DNA from: Mobula hypostoma
Lineage: Eukaryota
Length of the DNA stretch: 64,000 nt
Assembly: GCF_963921235.1 (NCBI RefSeq)
Contig: NC_086097.1
Span: forward strand, 82,276,001-82,340,000
Reading direction: 5' to 3'
Made by a program: the position numbers and the translations under genes. Shown here piece by piece: positions 1-12,971 of the stretch (positions within the stretch are counted from its first letter, which is position 1; each line of letters begins with the position of its first letter). The notes under the pieces were generated by a model that was not told the origin of the DNA, searched no databases, and saw only the letters and a list, made by a program, of their open reading frames with translations.

Positions 1-1030
1 TACAGCATAAAAAGAAGTGGTCCCAACACCGACACCTGCGGAACACCACTAGTCACCGGCAGCCAACCAGAAAAGGATATTTCTATTCCCACTCACTGCC
101 TCCTACCAATCAACCAATGCTCTAACCATGTTAGTAACTTTCCTGTAATACCATGGGCTCTTAACTTGGTAAGCAGCCTTATGTGTGGCATCTTGTCAAA
201 GGCCTTCTGAAAGTCCAAATATACAACATCCACTACATCCCCTTTATCTATCCTATTTGTAATCTCCTCAAAGAATTCCAACAGGTTCATCAAGCAGGAT
301 TTTCGCTGATGGAAACTATGCTGACTTTGTACCATCTGGTCCTGTGTCACCAAGTACTCCATCACCTCAGCCTTAACAGTGGACTCTAACATCTTCCCAA
401 CCACTGAGGTCAGGCTAACTGGTCTATAGTTTTCTTTCTGCTGCCTTTCTCCTTTCTTAAAAAGTGATATGACATTTGCAATTTTCCAGTCCTCTGGCAC
501 CATGCTAGAGTCCAATGATTTTTGCAAGATTATTTCTAATGCCACCACAATCTCTAACGCTACCTCTTTCAGAACCATAGGGTGCAGTTCATCTGGTCCA
601 GGTGACTTATGTACCTTTAGGTCTTTCAGCTTTTTGAGCACCTTCTCTCTTGTAACAGTAACAGTACCCACTTCTCTTTCTTCACACACTACAACATCCA
701 ACATACTGCTCGTGTCTTCCACAGAGAAGACTGATGCAAAATACTCATTTAGTTCATCAGCTATCTCCTTGTCCCCCATTATTATTTCTCCTGCCTATAT
801 CCACTCTCATTTGTCTTTTATTTTTATCATACTTGAAAAAACTTTTACTATCCACTTTGATATTATTTTCTAGCTTGCATTTATATTTCATCTTTTCCCT
901 TCTAATGACTTTTTTCGTTGCTCTCTGTAGGTTTTTAAAAACTTCCCAATCCTCTGTCTTCCCACTAATTTTTGCTTTGTTGTATGCCCTTTTTTTTGGC
1001 TTTTACAATAGCTTTGACTTCCCCTGTTGG
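1..1030 (-). mobile_element. CR1-clade LINE fragment (RT region), runs off the left window edge
   Basis: ORF 93-779 has CR1 RT motifs KSPGPDELHP, PEDWKIANV, NYRPVSLTSVVGK and VYLDFQKAFDK. Right boundary approximate. Confidence 0.9.
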
Positions 1031-1382
1031 CCAAAGTTGTACTACTTCGTCTGTTTTGCCAGTCTTTAGTTCTTCATTACCGCTATTTTCTATCACTGTT
1101 TAGCATATGATCTTACTTATTATAAATGGTAATTACTCTGTCAAAGAATAATTGATCAAAGTGTCCAGCATTTCCTAACTTCCTTTTAACATATCTGTTT
1201 GCATTTCCAATGGCACCGTGTTTCTCCTGACCATGTTTTCTTTGTGAAACTCTGAATATTTTCTGTTGATTTTGCTTTTGTAAATTTCACTGCATGTTCC
1301 CATATGCTTCCTCTAATTATATTTTGTTATTAACAACATTCATTTGTGTCAGTGCCATTTTTAATATTTTCACGTTATTCAA

Positions 1383-2369
1383 AGTCATAGTCATACTTTA
1401 TTCATCCTGAAGGAAATTGGGTTTCGTTACAATTGCACCAACCAAGAATAGAGTATAAATATAGCAATATAAAACCATAAATAATTAAATAATAATATGT
1501 AAATTATGCCAGGAAATAAGTCCAGGACCAGCCTATTGGCTCAGGGTGTCTGACCCTCCAAGGGAGGAGTTGTAAAGTTTGATGGCCACAGGCAGGAATG
1601 ACTTCCTATGAGGCTCAGTGTTGCACCTTGGTGTAATGAGTCTCTGGCTGAATGTACTCCTGTGCCCAACCAGTCCATTACGTAGTGGATGGGAGACATT
1701 GTCCAAGATGGCATGCAACTTGGACAGAATCCTCTTTTCAGACACCACCGTCAGAGAGTCCAGTTCCATCCCCACAACATCACTGGCCTTACGAATGAGT
1801 TTGTTGATTTTGTTGGTGTCTGCTACCCTCAGCCTGCTGCTCCAGCACACAACAGCAAACATGATAGTACTGGCCACCACAGACTCATAGAACATCCTCA
1901 GCATCATCCGACAGATGTTAAAGGACCTCAGTCTCCTCAGGAAATAGAGACGGCTCTGACCCTTCTTGTAGACAGCCTCAGTGTTCTTTGACTAGTCCAG
2001 TTTATTGTCAATTCGTATCCCCAGGTATTTGTAATCCTCCACCATGTCCACACTGACCCCCTGGATGGAAACAGGGGTCACCGGTACCTTAGCTCTCCTC
2101 AGGTCTACCACCAGCTCCTTAGTCTTTTTCACATTAAGCTGCAGATAATTCTGCTCACACCACATGACAAAGTTTCCTACCGTAGCCCTGTACTCAGCCT
2201 CATCTCCCTTGCTGATGCATTCAACTATGGCAGAGTCATCCGAAAACTTCTGAAGATGACAAGACTCTGTGCAGTGGTTGAAGTCCGAGGTGTAAATTGT
2301 GAAGAGAAAGGGAGACAAGACAGTCCCCTGTGGAGCCCCAGTGCTGCTGATCACTCTGTCGGACACACA
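1383..2369 (-). mobile_element. 5'-truncated Rex1/Babar LINE
   Basis: ORFs 1992-2366 (TGAPQGTVLSPFLF, QKFSDDSAIV, LNVKKTKELVVD) and 1533-1907. AATAAA followed by a short (TATGAC)n tail on the minus strand near 1383-1402. Confidence 0.88.
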
Positions 2370-4460
2370 GATAGTTTGATGCTGTCCTTTACCTTTTTCT
2401 GTTATTTAACTTTACCCATTTGTATATCAAACAGAGTAAACTCTCAAAGGGAAGGGAGAGAATAAAAGATGACACAATTCTCCATGTCACTGGGGATAGA
2501 AGATAAAATATGATTTTGCAGCTGAATATCACAGCAATTTGTCAACTTCAGCGGTGTGAACTGGAAGCTCAGTTAATATTTTACAGGTGAACTCTTTGCT
2601 TGAACATGATACATACCACAGGATGACTGCTGTGGTCGTATTCCCTTCCACGTCACACATCATGCTGACTTGGAAGTGTTTCACTGCTCCTCACTCCCCC
2701 ATCATTGCTGGAATGCTCTACAAGACAGTGCTTCATGAAAAGGACTCCTAGAGTTCAGAAAGGCTTACCATTGCCTACTAGAAGAAAGAGGAATGGGTAA
2801 AAATGTTGGTTTTGCCAGTGATGTCCAGAAGCTAAAAATTAACAAAAAACTCAAGACAGTGGGAGACTTTGCTGAATGCCACAAAATATTCAATGATCTC
2901 AGGACTGCTCTGAGGCAGCAATTTTCAATTATCCTATGAAACAAACTCCATTTTTAGCCTCAAATACTGCTCGAAACATCACACCCTTAACTGCTATGTG
3001 TTAACAAGGAGTGAGGTAGAATGCGTAAGTGATCAACTGCGCCTCAGAAAGTTATCTCTATCCAGCCCTACTGCCACTCACTCCCTGCGATTCAACATTG
3101 ATTGGCATGTCATCTAGGCACAAAGCACTACAGCATGTCTCAGGTGTTTGTGCATGTGTTGTGAAAGGTGGAAGTCCATCGCATGCTGCTGGAGTTTGGT
3201 TGCCAGGGCATTTCACTATTAGCTCCACCATTGCACTCGTGATGGAGTGCAGCACTGAACTAAAGACGTGCAATAGAGAGGATCCCGACGCATATCACCT
3301 CCAGCCCGTCAGCTTTATGTCAGGAATCTATAATGACCACAGTTATTTGAAGCAGTTCTCAGAACTGGAAAATAAAGCTAAATGCTTTATTTCATTTATT
3401 TTGCTTTAATTGCTCATTGTGATAGATTCTTGCTTTCTTTCTCATGTTTACTATGCTTGCTTTCTAAACACAGATGCCATTTGAAAGATCATGAACAGTT
3501 GCAAGGAAACTTTCAACCATATTGCTTTGTTTAATTTGGCTTGTTTCAGAGAGTCAAGTTGACTCTTAAGTTGCTTAGTTCAAGGAAGTTTGCAGAACAG
3601 ATGGATAATAGCATTTAGTATATTAATAACTGATGTATTTATAGGTTGTAATGTTTTATGTACTCAGAAGTTAGCTTTACAGCATTTATCATGAACTGTG
3701 AGCATTAGGCTGAGGTCAATGTCTCCAAAAATGTTCTTAGTCCATTCGTGATAAAAGGATATCTGAGGAAATATCATATGTATGGAGTCACCAAAATGGG
3801 AGAAAAGGGATCTGAATGTAGAAAGCAGTTTAGGCCTATTAGGAATGGAGTAAAAAACATTAGGAAGAAACCTGGAAGAAACAGAGGGTGAGCTAGAATC
3901 CATTCCTCAAGGTTCGGTTTCTGCAATGAACAACGCTTCTCCACATCGTGGTAGTTTATAGGAATTGTACCTGTATCTTGGAAATTCTTTGTGTTTCTTC
4001 TTTGTGTTCTGTCCTTCATGCTTTATTCTTAAGAATTGCTTTGTGTTTGAGAAATCCTTTTTGTGTGTTTGAAATGGTTTGTGTTTTAAAAATCCTCAGT
4101 AAGGTTTAAATCTATTTTAAGAGTGTTGTTTGGATTTAAACGTGTAAGTAAATGACCTGTGTTTTAAATTACTTTGTTAGCTGGAAGTATTTTCTCCTTT
4201 GCAGAGAGAGGGGACCCACCACTGGAATGCTGGGGTACTGGCAGCTAAACTCACTGTGGAGAATAAACAGAGAAGTAAACTCGTCTTTGAAGATTAGGTA
4301 GTGACAGTATAACCTCCCTTTAGTGAAAGTACTCATGGCTATTTATATCTGATAGGACTTAAGGTCTTTGTTTGAGTTTAGAACTTCATGGTTAGTAAAC
4401 CCAATACTATCACATCACTAGTTTTAATGTAATTCAGATAAAATATGTTAAATATTCTAG

Positions 4461-4623
4461 CAAACAACAGGAATTCTGCAGATGCTGGAAATTCAAGCAA
4501 CACACATAAAAGTTGCTGGTGAACGCAGCAGGCCAGGTAGCATCTCTAGGAAGAGGTGCAGTTGACGTTTCAGGCCGAGACCCTTCATCAGGACTAACTG
4601 AAGGAAGAGTGAGTAACGGATTT
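4461..4623 (-). mobile_element. Penelope-like element terminal fragment containing a hammerhead motif
   Basis: Flanked by a perfect 13-bp direct repeat TTAAATATTCTAG (4448-4460 and 4624-4636). The same sequence family recurs at ~21370, 23030, 32500, 40900 and 46860. Confidence 0.75.
4559..4596 (-). ncRNA. Minimal hammerhead ribozyme motif
   Basis: Minus strand reads TAGTC-CTGATGA-AGGGTCTCGGCCT-GAAAC-GTC-AACTG: intact core, one stem I mismatch. Confidence 0.55.
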
Positions 4624-6699
4624 TTAAATATTCTAGGGTCATTTAATTCTACTTGAAATATTGTTAAATGACTGTGACTGTCAGACAGCAAGTTGCCGAA
4701 GGCTATCAGGAATTTCCAGTGTAGGAACTCCAGAGCACAATACCTAAGTACTCCACTGCTTCATTGCAGGCACCTAGCAGGGGCTCTGGTCGACCCATCC
4801 AGCTCCCTGCATCAGGAACTAATGTTTGGTTTGTTTTTGACAAGAAGGCAACTGCTGGGTCCAGGACCATTTGGACAATTCTTCAGTGTTGTCAACCTTC
4901 AATTTCTTGTACAGGAGAAAGGAGGAAATCATCCATGGAGCAACGGGAAAAAGGCACGGGGGCTTGTCCCTAATCCCTTATGCTTCCATCCCCCTCTCTC
5001 GAGGAGAGAGTCTTCCCCATCATTGATCAGACCTATAACCAGCAGCAGAGGTGAGATTATTGAATATGCCAATTTCACATTAATAATCCTCTTCCTCATA
5101 CTTACTTCCTTCCCCACCCCAGCACCCTCTGTTCTGATTCACAAGCTCTAGCTGTTTTAATAATGAATCTCATGATTTCTCCCCTGCTTCTCATCACAAG
5201 GCTTTGCTTTGATTTAATTATTCAGGTACTCAGTTGATGCACCTGTAAAGATAAAGACACACCCTTATTCCATTTGACACTTGTATCTATTGGCTTAGTT
5301 CTCATCATGTAGAGATGAGCTCATTTTCAGAACCTACACGTGGTGAGTAATTGTGCATCTCAGTGCCCTTTAGTTCAGATAGGTTGCAGCTTTCACGATT
5401 CCACAACAGGATTCAGTCATTGTGTGGCTTCTGCATGTTCTGCAGTGGATTGTTGGATTTGCAAGTGTGCTAATGGAGCTAACCATCACTTGCATGCTTG
5501 TAGGGATGGGCTTTAAGCTTTGGCAAGATCACCATGAATCCTGCTGTACAGAACTTTGATAGGGCAACTTACAAGAGAGGGCGTCTGGTTTGTATAATGA
5601 AATTCTTGTTCTATTGACGCGTTTGAAGAAAGTCTACTTACAAATTCATGGAACATGGAGGAACACAGAGCCAGACTTGCACAATCTTTTGCTCAATGGC
5701 AAAACACTGTTTCCTGGGCAACCCCATATGTGAACTTTGGAATCTACATGTCAAGCTAGGTAGCTCAGTCTGATGCTTAACATCTCAGCTTCCATTCTTG
5801 CCCAAGTGAGAGCACTCAAGAATCTGAATTCAGTACTGGTTATCATGATTATAAGTACCAGCATTCAAAAAGGAACAAAGATTCTTATAATGATCGCTTC
5901 ACCAGGAAATTACCAGCATAGAAGAAGAAATATTACAGGAGCATAAACCTTCCCTTAGATGACACCATTCATAATTCCACCCCACCCCGCCATCACTGAA
6001 CCAGTGCATCTTCCTATTAGTCAGTCAATCAGATTGCTGCCGCTTATGAGAGGAGTACAATTGCAAGCCGGATAGTCTTGGTCCAGAGCTTCGTTCCTCC
6101 TGCAAAGCCACCTGTAGAATCACAGTGCTGATGTGGCACAAGTGAGTAGTTGGATTGGCGCAGTTGTGCAGACTCAGTCCTCTCCCCACTGATGCTGCCT
6201 GGCCTTGGCACATCCTGCGTTCTTTTTAATTCTGAGCATCTGCAGATTTTTATATCTTAACTTTCATAGTTGGGTAAAGGTCTGGATCCTCACCAGTGGT
6301 TAGCAATAACAAAATTTGACAGATACTTGTTCTGCATAAATCCTCAGCTTGCAGGTTTGGTGATAATATCCTTTTCCACCCTGTCTGGCAAAAAGGATCC
6401 ATGATATTACACAACTTGTTTCATGCCCCATTAGTCACACCAGCCGGGGAAATGTGCATGTAATGACTGCCATTTCTACCGCATGTCATCTGATGTGTAA
6501 TACCACTGAGGTGCTCAAACTGCCTGGAACATCCGAGAGGCACAAGGCCAATATTGAGACCCAGATGGGATTGAGAAAAAAACCCTGCAGTGATTCCAAA
6601 GTATGCCAGTAAACTCTCTGATTGAATACTAGACTCACTGCAATAAAGAGAAAGGCAAGACTATGGATTACTGAGAATGTCAAACCTTATGTGGAAGGT

Positions 6700-7960
6700 G
6701 CTGAAGGTTTTCACAAGCCATTGATTACTGAGAAGAACTTCATTGTCTGTTTGGAGAGAGGAGGTCAGCCAAGACTTTGGTCTGTTTTCTAGCTTATGAC
6801 TGACGAGTGTGATAGTGGTCTTGCAACCCTCTGTTTATTGAGAATACAAATTAACAAACAACATTGGATATTAATGATCACTTGCAGCAACTACACAATG
6901 TGGGTGAGGTCCAATGTTATTAAAAGCTTGTGTTTACTAAGACCATGGGCCAAACAAGGACAGAATTTTGAAGTCAGGTCTTCCTCCAAATGCCGACTTT
7001 CAAGAAAACAACTAGGTAAAATATGGAATGAGATGAGAGCAGCAACTATCTTGATAAAAGGAAAACCAGGCAGGAAATCATTTGCGTGGATGATGAAACA
7101 AAACTGTAGCTGGAATTTAAGAAGCAAGGAAGTTCCCATAACATTGATGATGTGGGTGGGGGAGCTGGAGAGGGTTTTAAGTCACGAAGACCACAAGTAA
7201 GGCAGCAAGAGAGAAGACAACGTGGATGTTGACATGAGAACAAATGGTTGAAGAGGTCTGTTACACATCAAAGAAACCTATGTATAAAGCAACTCAATAT
7301 CTATATCTAACAAACAGAAATTTTTCATGACCAATCATGGAGCACCTTGACTTATTTAAGGAAGAAGCAGGAAGTTCCCTTACGGAAGGAGGAAACAGAT
7401 GTGCTTCAAGGCAAATGACTGTTGTAAACAAAACAAAAATTAGCGAGATTACAGAATATAGATGGACTGTGAAATAGAGCAAGCTGTTTGTAACCTAATC
7501 TGCTCTAAAAAGAACAAAGGAGATGAAAATTACAGGACGAAATGTCAATAAACTGAAGTTCTAATCTACAGTGTTGCTCTGCTCCAAAATTCTTCAACTT
7601 GTGGCTGGTATCAGTAACAATCTCACAATTACTGAAAAAGACTCGAGCAGCTCTGATTGTGGAAACTGAAGGATAAGGAATTTTTGAAGAATATTAACAA
7701 GATAAATGGCAAAATCAACCTCCATTCAAGGCAGGTGTTCCAGGCTGTAACGAGAACATCATCATCTTACAAAATGTCATAAAAAAGACTAAACAGGTTC
7801 ACAAAAATAGCATTAGATTTCTGAGATTTTGCTGAAACATTTGATTTGATAAGGGCATCTTGAAGCTTCATCAAGCATTGATGAAAGCCATTGCAAGAAC
7901 AATTGTGCTCGAGGTGATGGAGTCAAAACTGATTGGGATAAATAAAGAAAAAGGTCCACG
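6700..7960 (+). mobile_element. Degenerate R2-like (RLE-type) non-LTR retrotransposon remnant
   Basis: Frameshifted translation of 7584-7860: PKFFNLWLVSVTISQLLKKTRAALI / KDKEFLKNIN..INLHSRQ / VPGCNENIIILQNVIKK..IRFL / DFAETFDLI, resembling R2 RT regions 0-3. Possible Myb-like remnant near 7020-7120. Boundaries approximate. Confidence 0.6.
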
Positions 7961-7964
7961 TAGG

Positions 7965-8290
7965 GTCAGAATCAGTATAAAGTTTATTATCGCCAGTATA
8001 TGTTGTGAAATTTGTTGTCTTTGTGGCCATAGTACAATGCAAAACTAAAAATAAAAAAGTAGTGAGGTAGTGTTCATGGGTTCAATGTCCATTCAGAAAT
8101 CAGATGGCAGAGGGGAAGAAGCTGTTCCTGAATCATTGAGTGTGTGCCTTCAGGCTTCTGTACCTTCTTCCTGATGTTAGCAATGAGAAGAGGGCATGCC
8201 CTGGCCAATGGGGGTCCTTAATGATGGATGCCATCTTGTTGTGGCATCATTCCTTGAAGATGTCCTGGACACTATGGAGACTAGTGCCCC
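7965..8290 (-). mobile_element. Rex1/Babar LINE 3' end fragment
   Basis: Reverse complement of the 3' region at 12340-12570, with AATAAA and a CTGATTCTGA tail. Confidence 0.8.
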
Positions 8291-8385
8291 AGTTGAACAA
8301 CGGTACTACAGCTATGTTTTTTTGTTTTTGGCGGGGGGGGGGGTAGTTGTCATATAAGCCAGAGGTAAATACCCAGAAAATAAAA

Positions 8386-8665
8386 GGGGCACCACAGTAG
8401 CATATCAGTTAGTGTGAAGCTATTACAGCTTGTGCTGTCGGAGTTCAGAGTTCAAATCCAGCATCCTCTGTAAGGAAGTTTGTATGTTCTTCCGCTGTGA
8501 GCATGGCTTTACTCCAGGTACTCCAGTTTCCTCCCACAGTCCAAAGAGGTACTGGTTAGCAGGTTAATTAGTCATTACAAGTTAACCTCTGGTTAGTCTA
8601 GGTTAAATCAGTGGGTTGGTGGGTGGCATGGCTCGGGTGAGATTTTATTTTGAGCTGTATTCAGA
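8386..8665 (+). mobile_element. tRNA-derived V-SINE (HE1-like)
   Basis: tRNA-like head with a B-box-like GAGTTCAAATCC, then the V-domain-like CTCCAGTTTCCTCCCACAGTCCAAAGA..GGTTAGCAGGTTAATT. Related copies at ~20490-20760 (+) and ~31810-31990 (-). Confidence 0.65.
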
Positions 8666-9854
8666 TGGATATCAGTCAATTGCAAAACACTCCTTCAGCT
8701 GAGCCCTTCCAGTTTCAAGTCAGCTGCGACCCCACTGATTCTGTTACCCAGATGGATCTTGCAATATTCAAGTACGAAGGATTAAGAACTGAAATTAGAA
8801 GCTGAGAAAATATGATAGACTTGTATGTTACAGTTAACACTGAATTAATTGTGCTGGCCAAGTGTTCAGTTGTAGTTATTGCAGCCTTAATGTTTTTGCT
8901 TTAGGCATTTTCTTATACCCCTCTCATTTCATGTTCTATGAGAAGAGAATAAAATTTATCAGACAATGTAACAGACCTCAGCGGTAACTAAAGCGTAATT
9001 TCTCAGTGGTCAATGGCCAGCCTTGGTCAATTAAGAAGGAACCGTATCAGGTATTGATGGTTATGTAATTGCCACTATCCGATGGACAGATACTTGTGAG
9101 ACTTGAATCAAACTTAGACTTTACTCATTGAGAGTACAGTTGCCAGAGTTCATGCATCAGTCTGGAAGTGTAAATCAATCATGACCCTCCTCCAGGAACA
9201 CAAAGATATCCTTTCACACCATTATTCAAGGTAAGAAACTAGTAATTTTAATGAACAGTCAGGGATACTACAGATTTCCCATTACTGCTACCTTCCCACA
9301 TTATTCCCTGACACCGTGATAGATAGCCTTCCCGTAGGTTTCAATTAAAAAGAGTGCTGCTTTTTTAGTCCATTGACCATCTGAATCAGAAAAGCAACAT
9401 CTTCTCTTCAGTTTTGAACATGTCAAGCATAACTTCTGTTTCAGCTAGAGTTAGCAGTTGATCAATTCGAGCTGCATTGGTGACTTTGAACGAGTGATTT
9501 TGTTCTAGAAACTCAACTCGTGTTTTCTTACTCCTTTATGCTAACTCTTTGCCATCAAAAATTCAAAATCTGGAACACATCTAACTACTACCTAAAATTT
9601 CTTTTACAGCTATCTATTATCAAGTTCAAGTATCTTTCAACCATACATGAATATAGCCAAATAAAACACCACTCCTTTAGGGCCAAGGTGAAAAACCCAT
9701 TACCAGCAGCACACAGGACCCTGAACATAGCATATATGGTTAAGGTTTTAGTAAAACACAGTCACAAAAACAATAATATAACCCATCAACCCTGAGTGGC
9801 GTGACTGTAGATTGATGGTAAACTGTCCCAGTCCAGCTTGTTCTTCCATTGAGG

Positions 9855-9873
9855 GAACACCAGAGGGCAGCAC
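9855..9873 (+). promoter_or_regulatory. Candidate CTCF-binding motif
   Basis: GAACACCAGAGGGCAGCAC resembles the CTCF core CCACCAGRGGGCRC. Motif match only. Confidence 0.35.
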
Positions 9874-10949
9874 TGAGTGAACACAGAAGGGCAGCTTTGA
9901 GCAAGCTCTGGCGAGCAGCTCTGTGTGAGTACTGACAGGAGAAGCCAGGCCCCAACACAGAACAGATTCCAGTGCACCCCACAAAGGCCTCTGCTCTCTC
10001 CAGTATCTCCAACCCTGAGCAACTGCAATAGATGACTTCGTAGTGAGGGCCTAGTCCACAACAGAGGCAGTTCTACCACTGTGGGTCTTACCAATGAACC
10101 AGTAAACCAAACTTGCAGTGTCCTACATTATCAGTGTCCAACAGGGTCTTGCAATCACAATGAAAATGTCCAAGACAATCACTCACATCACACACCATCT
10201 CAACACATAGGTGCACAATAGGTCCAGCTCCATTGCTATTGAGCAACTCACTGATGGGATGGTCCTGTGGTACTTGATGTTCTTAGTATCCAGCAGTGAC
10301 CTACGATTGTAAAAAGGCACATTTTTGATTGGACCCAGAGTGGCCACTGCATTCAAGTGCACTGCCTTCTTACAGGAAGTAATGATCTTTGTTTCATAGC
10401 TTCCAACAGCTGGGAACATGCTTACAACTATTTTCCTATCTGCTGTAATGCATTGTATTTTTTTCATTATTGCAAACCAACACATCATTCCATTCACCAT
10501 TTCATACCCTGTGGTTTGCTGGCCTACTCTGGATTTCAGTTAAGCAAAGCCTAAGTTTTAAAACCCAAATCCATCAAAGTTTTCGGTCTTCCCTTTATCT
10601 GTTTTTCCTCTCCAGACCTTTCACCTTCTGAATTACATATTTTCCTTCAACTCTGGCCTTCTGAGTACGTCCAGAATTTAATTTCTTCACCACTGATGAT
10701 TGTGTTTTCCCTTGGCATTCAAGATTCTAGGCTCTGAAATCCTCTCTCAATATTTATTTGTCCTTCTCACTCTCTTTTCTCCTTTCAGATGATGCTCAAA
10801 AACAAGTAAACCAGATTCTGGGACGCTCTGCAGTCTTCTAATTGGCCTGGCACCTGTTGTTTCTTTGATTACCTTTCAGGTGATTTGAGGCTGTTTTACT
10901 TTGCACCTTCATTTGTTTTCATATAGTTATGATTTCTGCTGCCTGCAGA

Positions 10950-12784
10950 ATATGGGCTGCCTTAATGACTATCGCCCAGTAGCATTCACATTGACAGTGA
11001 TAAAATGCTTTGAGAGGTTGGTCATGACTAGACTGAACTCCTTCCTCAGCAAGGATCTGGACCCACTGCAATTTGCCTATTGCCACAATAGGTCAACGGC
11101 AGATGCAATCTCAATGGCTCTCCACACGGCTTTAGACCACCTGGACAGCACAAGTACCTACGTCAGGATGCTGTTCATCGACTACAGCTCAGCATTTCAT
11201 ACCATCATTCCCACAATCCTGATTGAGAAGTTGCAAAACCCAGGGGTGCAATGCTAACCGGAGCATGTCTGACACCTCTTTAAGAAAAAAGCCGAAATAA
11301 ACAAGCTAATTAATTAAGTGCCACCCAGGGTGATTTGAGTATCTCAGAAACTGCTGATCTCCTGGGATTTTTACGCACGACAGACTCTGGAGTTTACAAA
11401 GAGTGGTGCCAAAAACAAAAAAAATCCAGCGAGTGGATTTAACAAGATGTTTTCGCTCACATAACAGCCACTCGCTGGTTTTTTTTTTGTTTTTGGCACC
11501 ATTCTTTGTAAATAAAAATGTGCGTAAAAATTTTGTGCGTAAAAATCCCAGGAGATCAACAGTTTCTGAGATACTCAAATCACCCTGGACGGAACCTAAT
11601 TAATTAGCTTGTTTATTTTGGCTTTTTTCTTAAAGAGGTGCCGGACGCGCTCCGGCTAACACTGCACCACTGGCAGAACCTGGGCCTGTGTACCTCCCTC
11701 TGCAATCGGATCCTCGACTTCCTAACTGGAAGACCACAGTCTGTACGGATTGGTGATAACATATCCTCCTCTCTGATGAGCAACACTGGCGCACCTCAGG
11801 GGTATGTGCTTAGCCCACTGCTCTACTCTCTATATACCAGGACTATGTGGCTAGGCATAGCTCAAGCACCATCTAGAAATTTGCTGGCGATACAACTGTT
11901 GTTGGTAGAATCTCAGGTGGTGACGAGAGGGCGTACAGGAATGAGATATGCCAACTAGTGGAGTGGTGCCGCAGCAAGAACCTGGCACAACGTCAGTAAG
12001 ACAAAAGAGCTGACTGTGGACTTTAGGAAGGGTAAGACGAAGGAACACATACCAATCCTCATAGAGGGATCAGAAGTGGAGAGAGTGAGCCAAGTTCCTC
12101 AGTGTCAAGGTCTCTGAGGATCTAACCTGGTCCCAACATATTAATGTAGTTATAAAGAAGGCAAGACAGTGGCTATAATTTATCAGGAGTTTGAAGAGAT
12201 TTGGCATGTCAACAAATACACTCAAAAACTTCTATAGTTGTACCATGGAGAGCTTTCTGACAGGCTGCATCACTGTCTGGTATGGAGGGGCTACTGCACA
12301 GGACCAAAAGAAGCTGAAGAAGGTTGTAAATCTAGTCAGCTCCATCTTGGGTACTAACCTACAAAGTACCCAGGACATCTTCAGGGAATGGTATCTCAGA
12401 AAGGCAGTGCCCATTATTAAGGACCTCCAGCACCCAGGGCATGTCCTTTTCTCATTGTTATTATCAGGTGGGAGGTACAGAAGCCTGAAGGCACACACTC
12501 AGCGATTCAGGAACAGCTTCTTCCTCTCTGCCATCTGATTCCTAAATGGACATTGAACCCATGAACACTACCTCACTTTTTAAAAATATACAGTATTTCT
12601 GTTTTTGTACTTTTTTTTAGTCTATTCAATATATGTAATTGATTTACTTGTTTATTTATTATTATTATTTTTATTTTCTTTATTTTTTCTCTCTGTTAGA
12701 TTATGTATTGCATTGTAACTGCTGCTGCTAAGTTAACAAATTTCATGTCACATGCCGGTGATAATAAACCTGAATCTGATTCTG
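10950..12784 (+). mobile_element. 5'-truncated Rex1/Babar LINE interrupted by a MITE
   Basis: [40 protein letters not shown] continues after the insertion as [14 protein letters not shown]. Tail AATAAACCTGAATCTGATTCTG. Confidence 0.9.
11241..11672. mobile_element. Palindromic hAT-type MITE carrying inverted Tc1 transposase fragments
   Basis: Termini CAGGGGTGCA...TGCACCACTG. 8-bp TSD GCAAAACC (11233-11240) / GCAGAACC (11673-11680). Arms 11241-11436 and 11468-11672. Confidence 0.85.
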
Positions 12785-12971
12785 CAACTAGAAAGATTTT
12801 AACATGGAAAGCAACTTAAGTTTAGTCAGGGAATAATGGCAAGGTACATGTGCGCAATCAAAGATAGTTTGCTCAGAATTATCATTCTGATTTTTGGCTT
12901 GAACTGGCCCACGTTGCTATTTATAAAATATTATCGTAAAACCTATACCTTAAACTGAAGATATTATAGAG

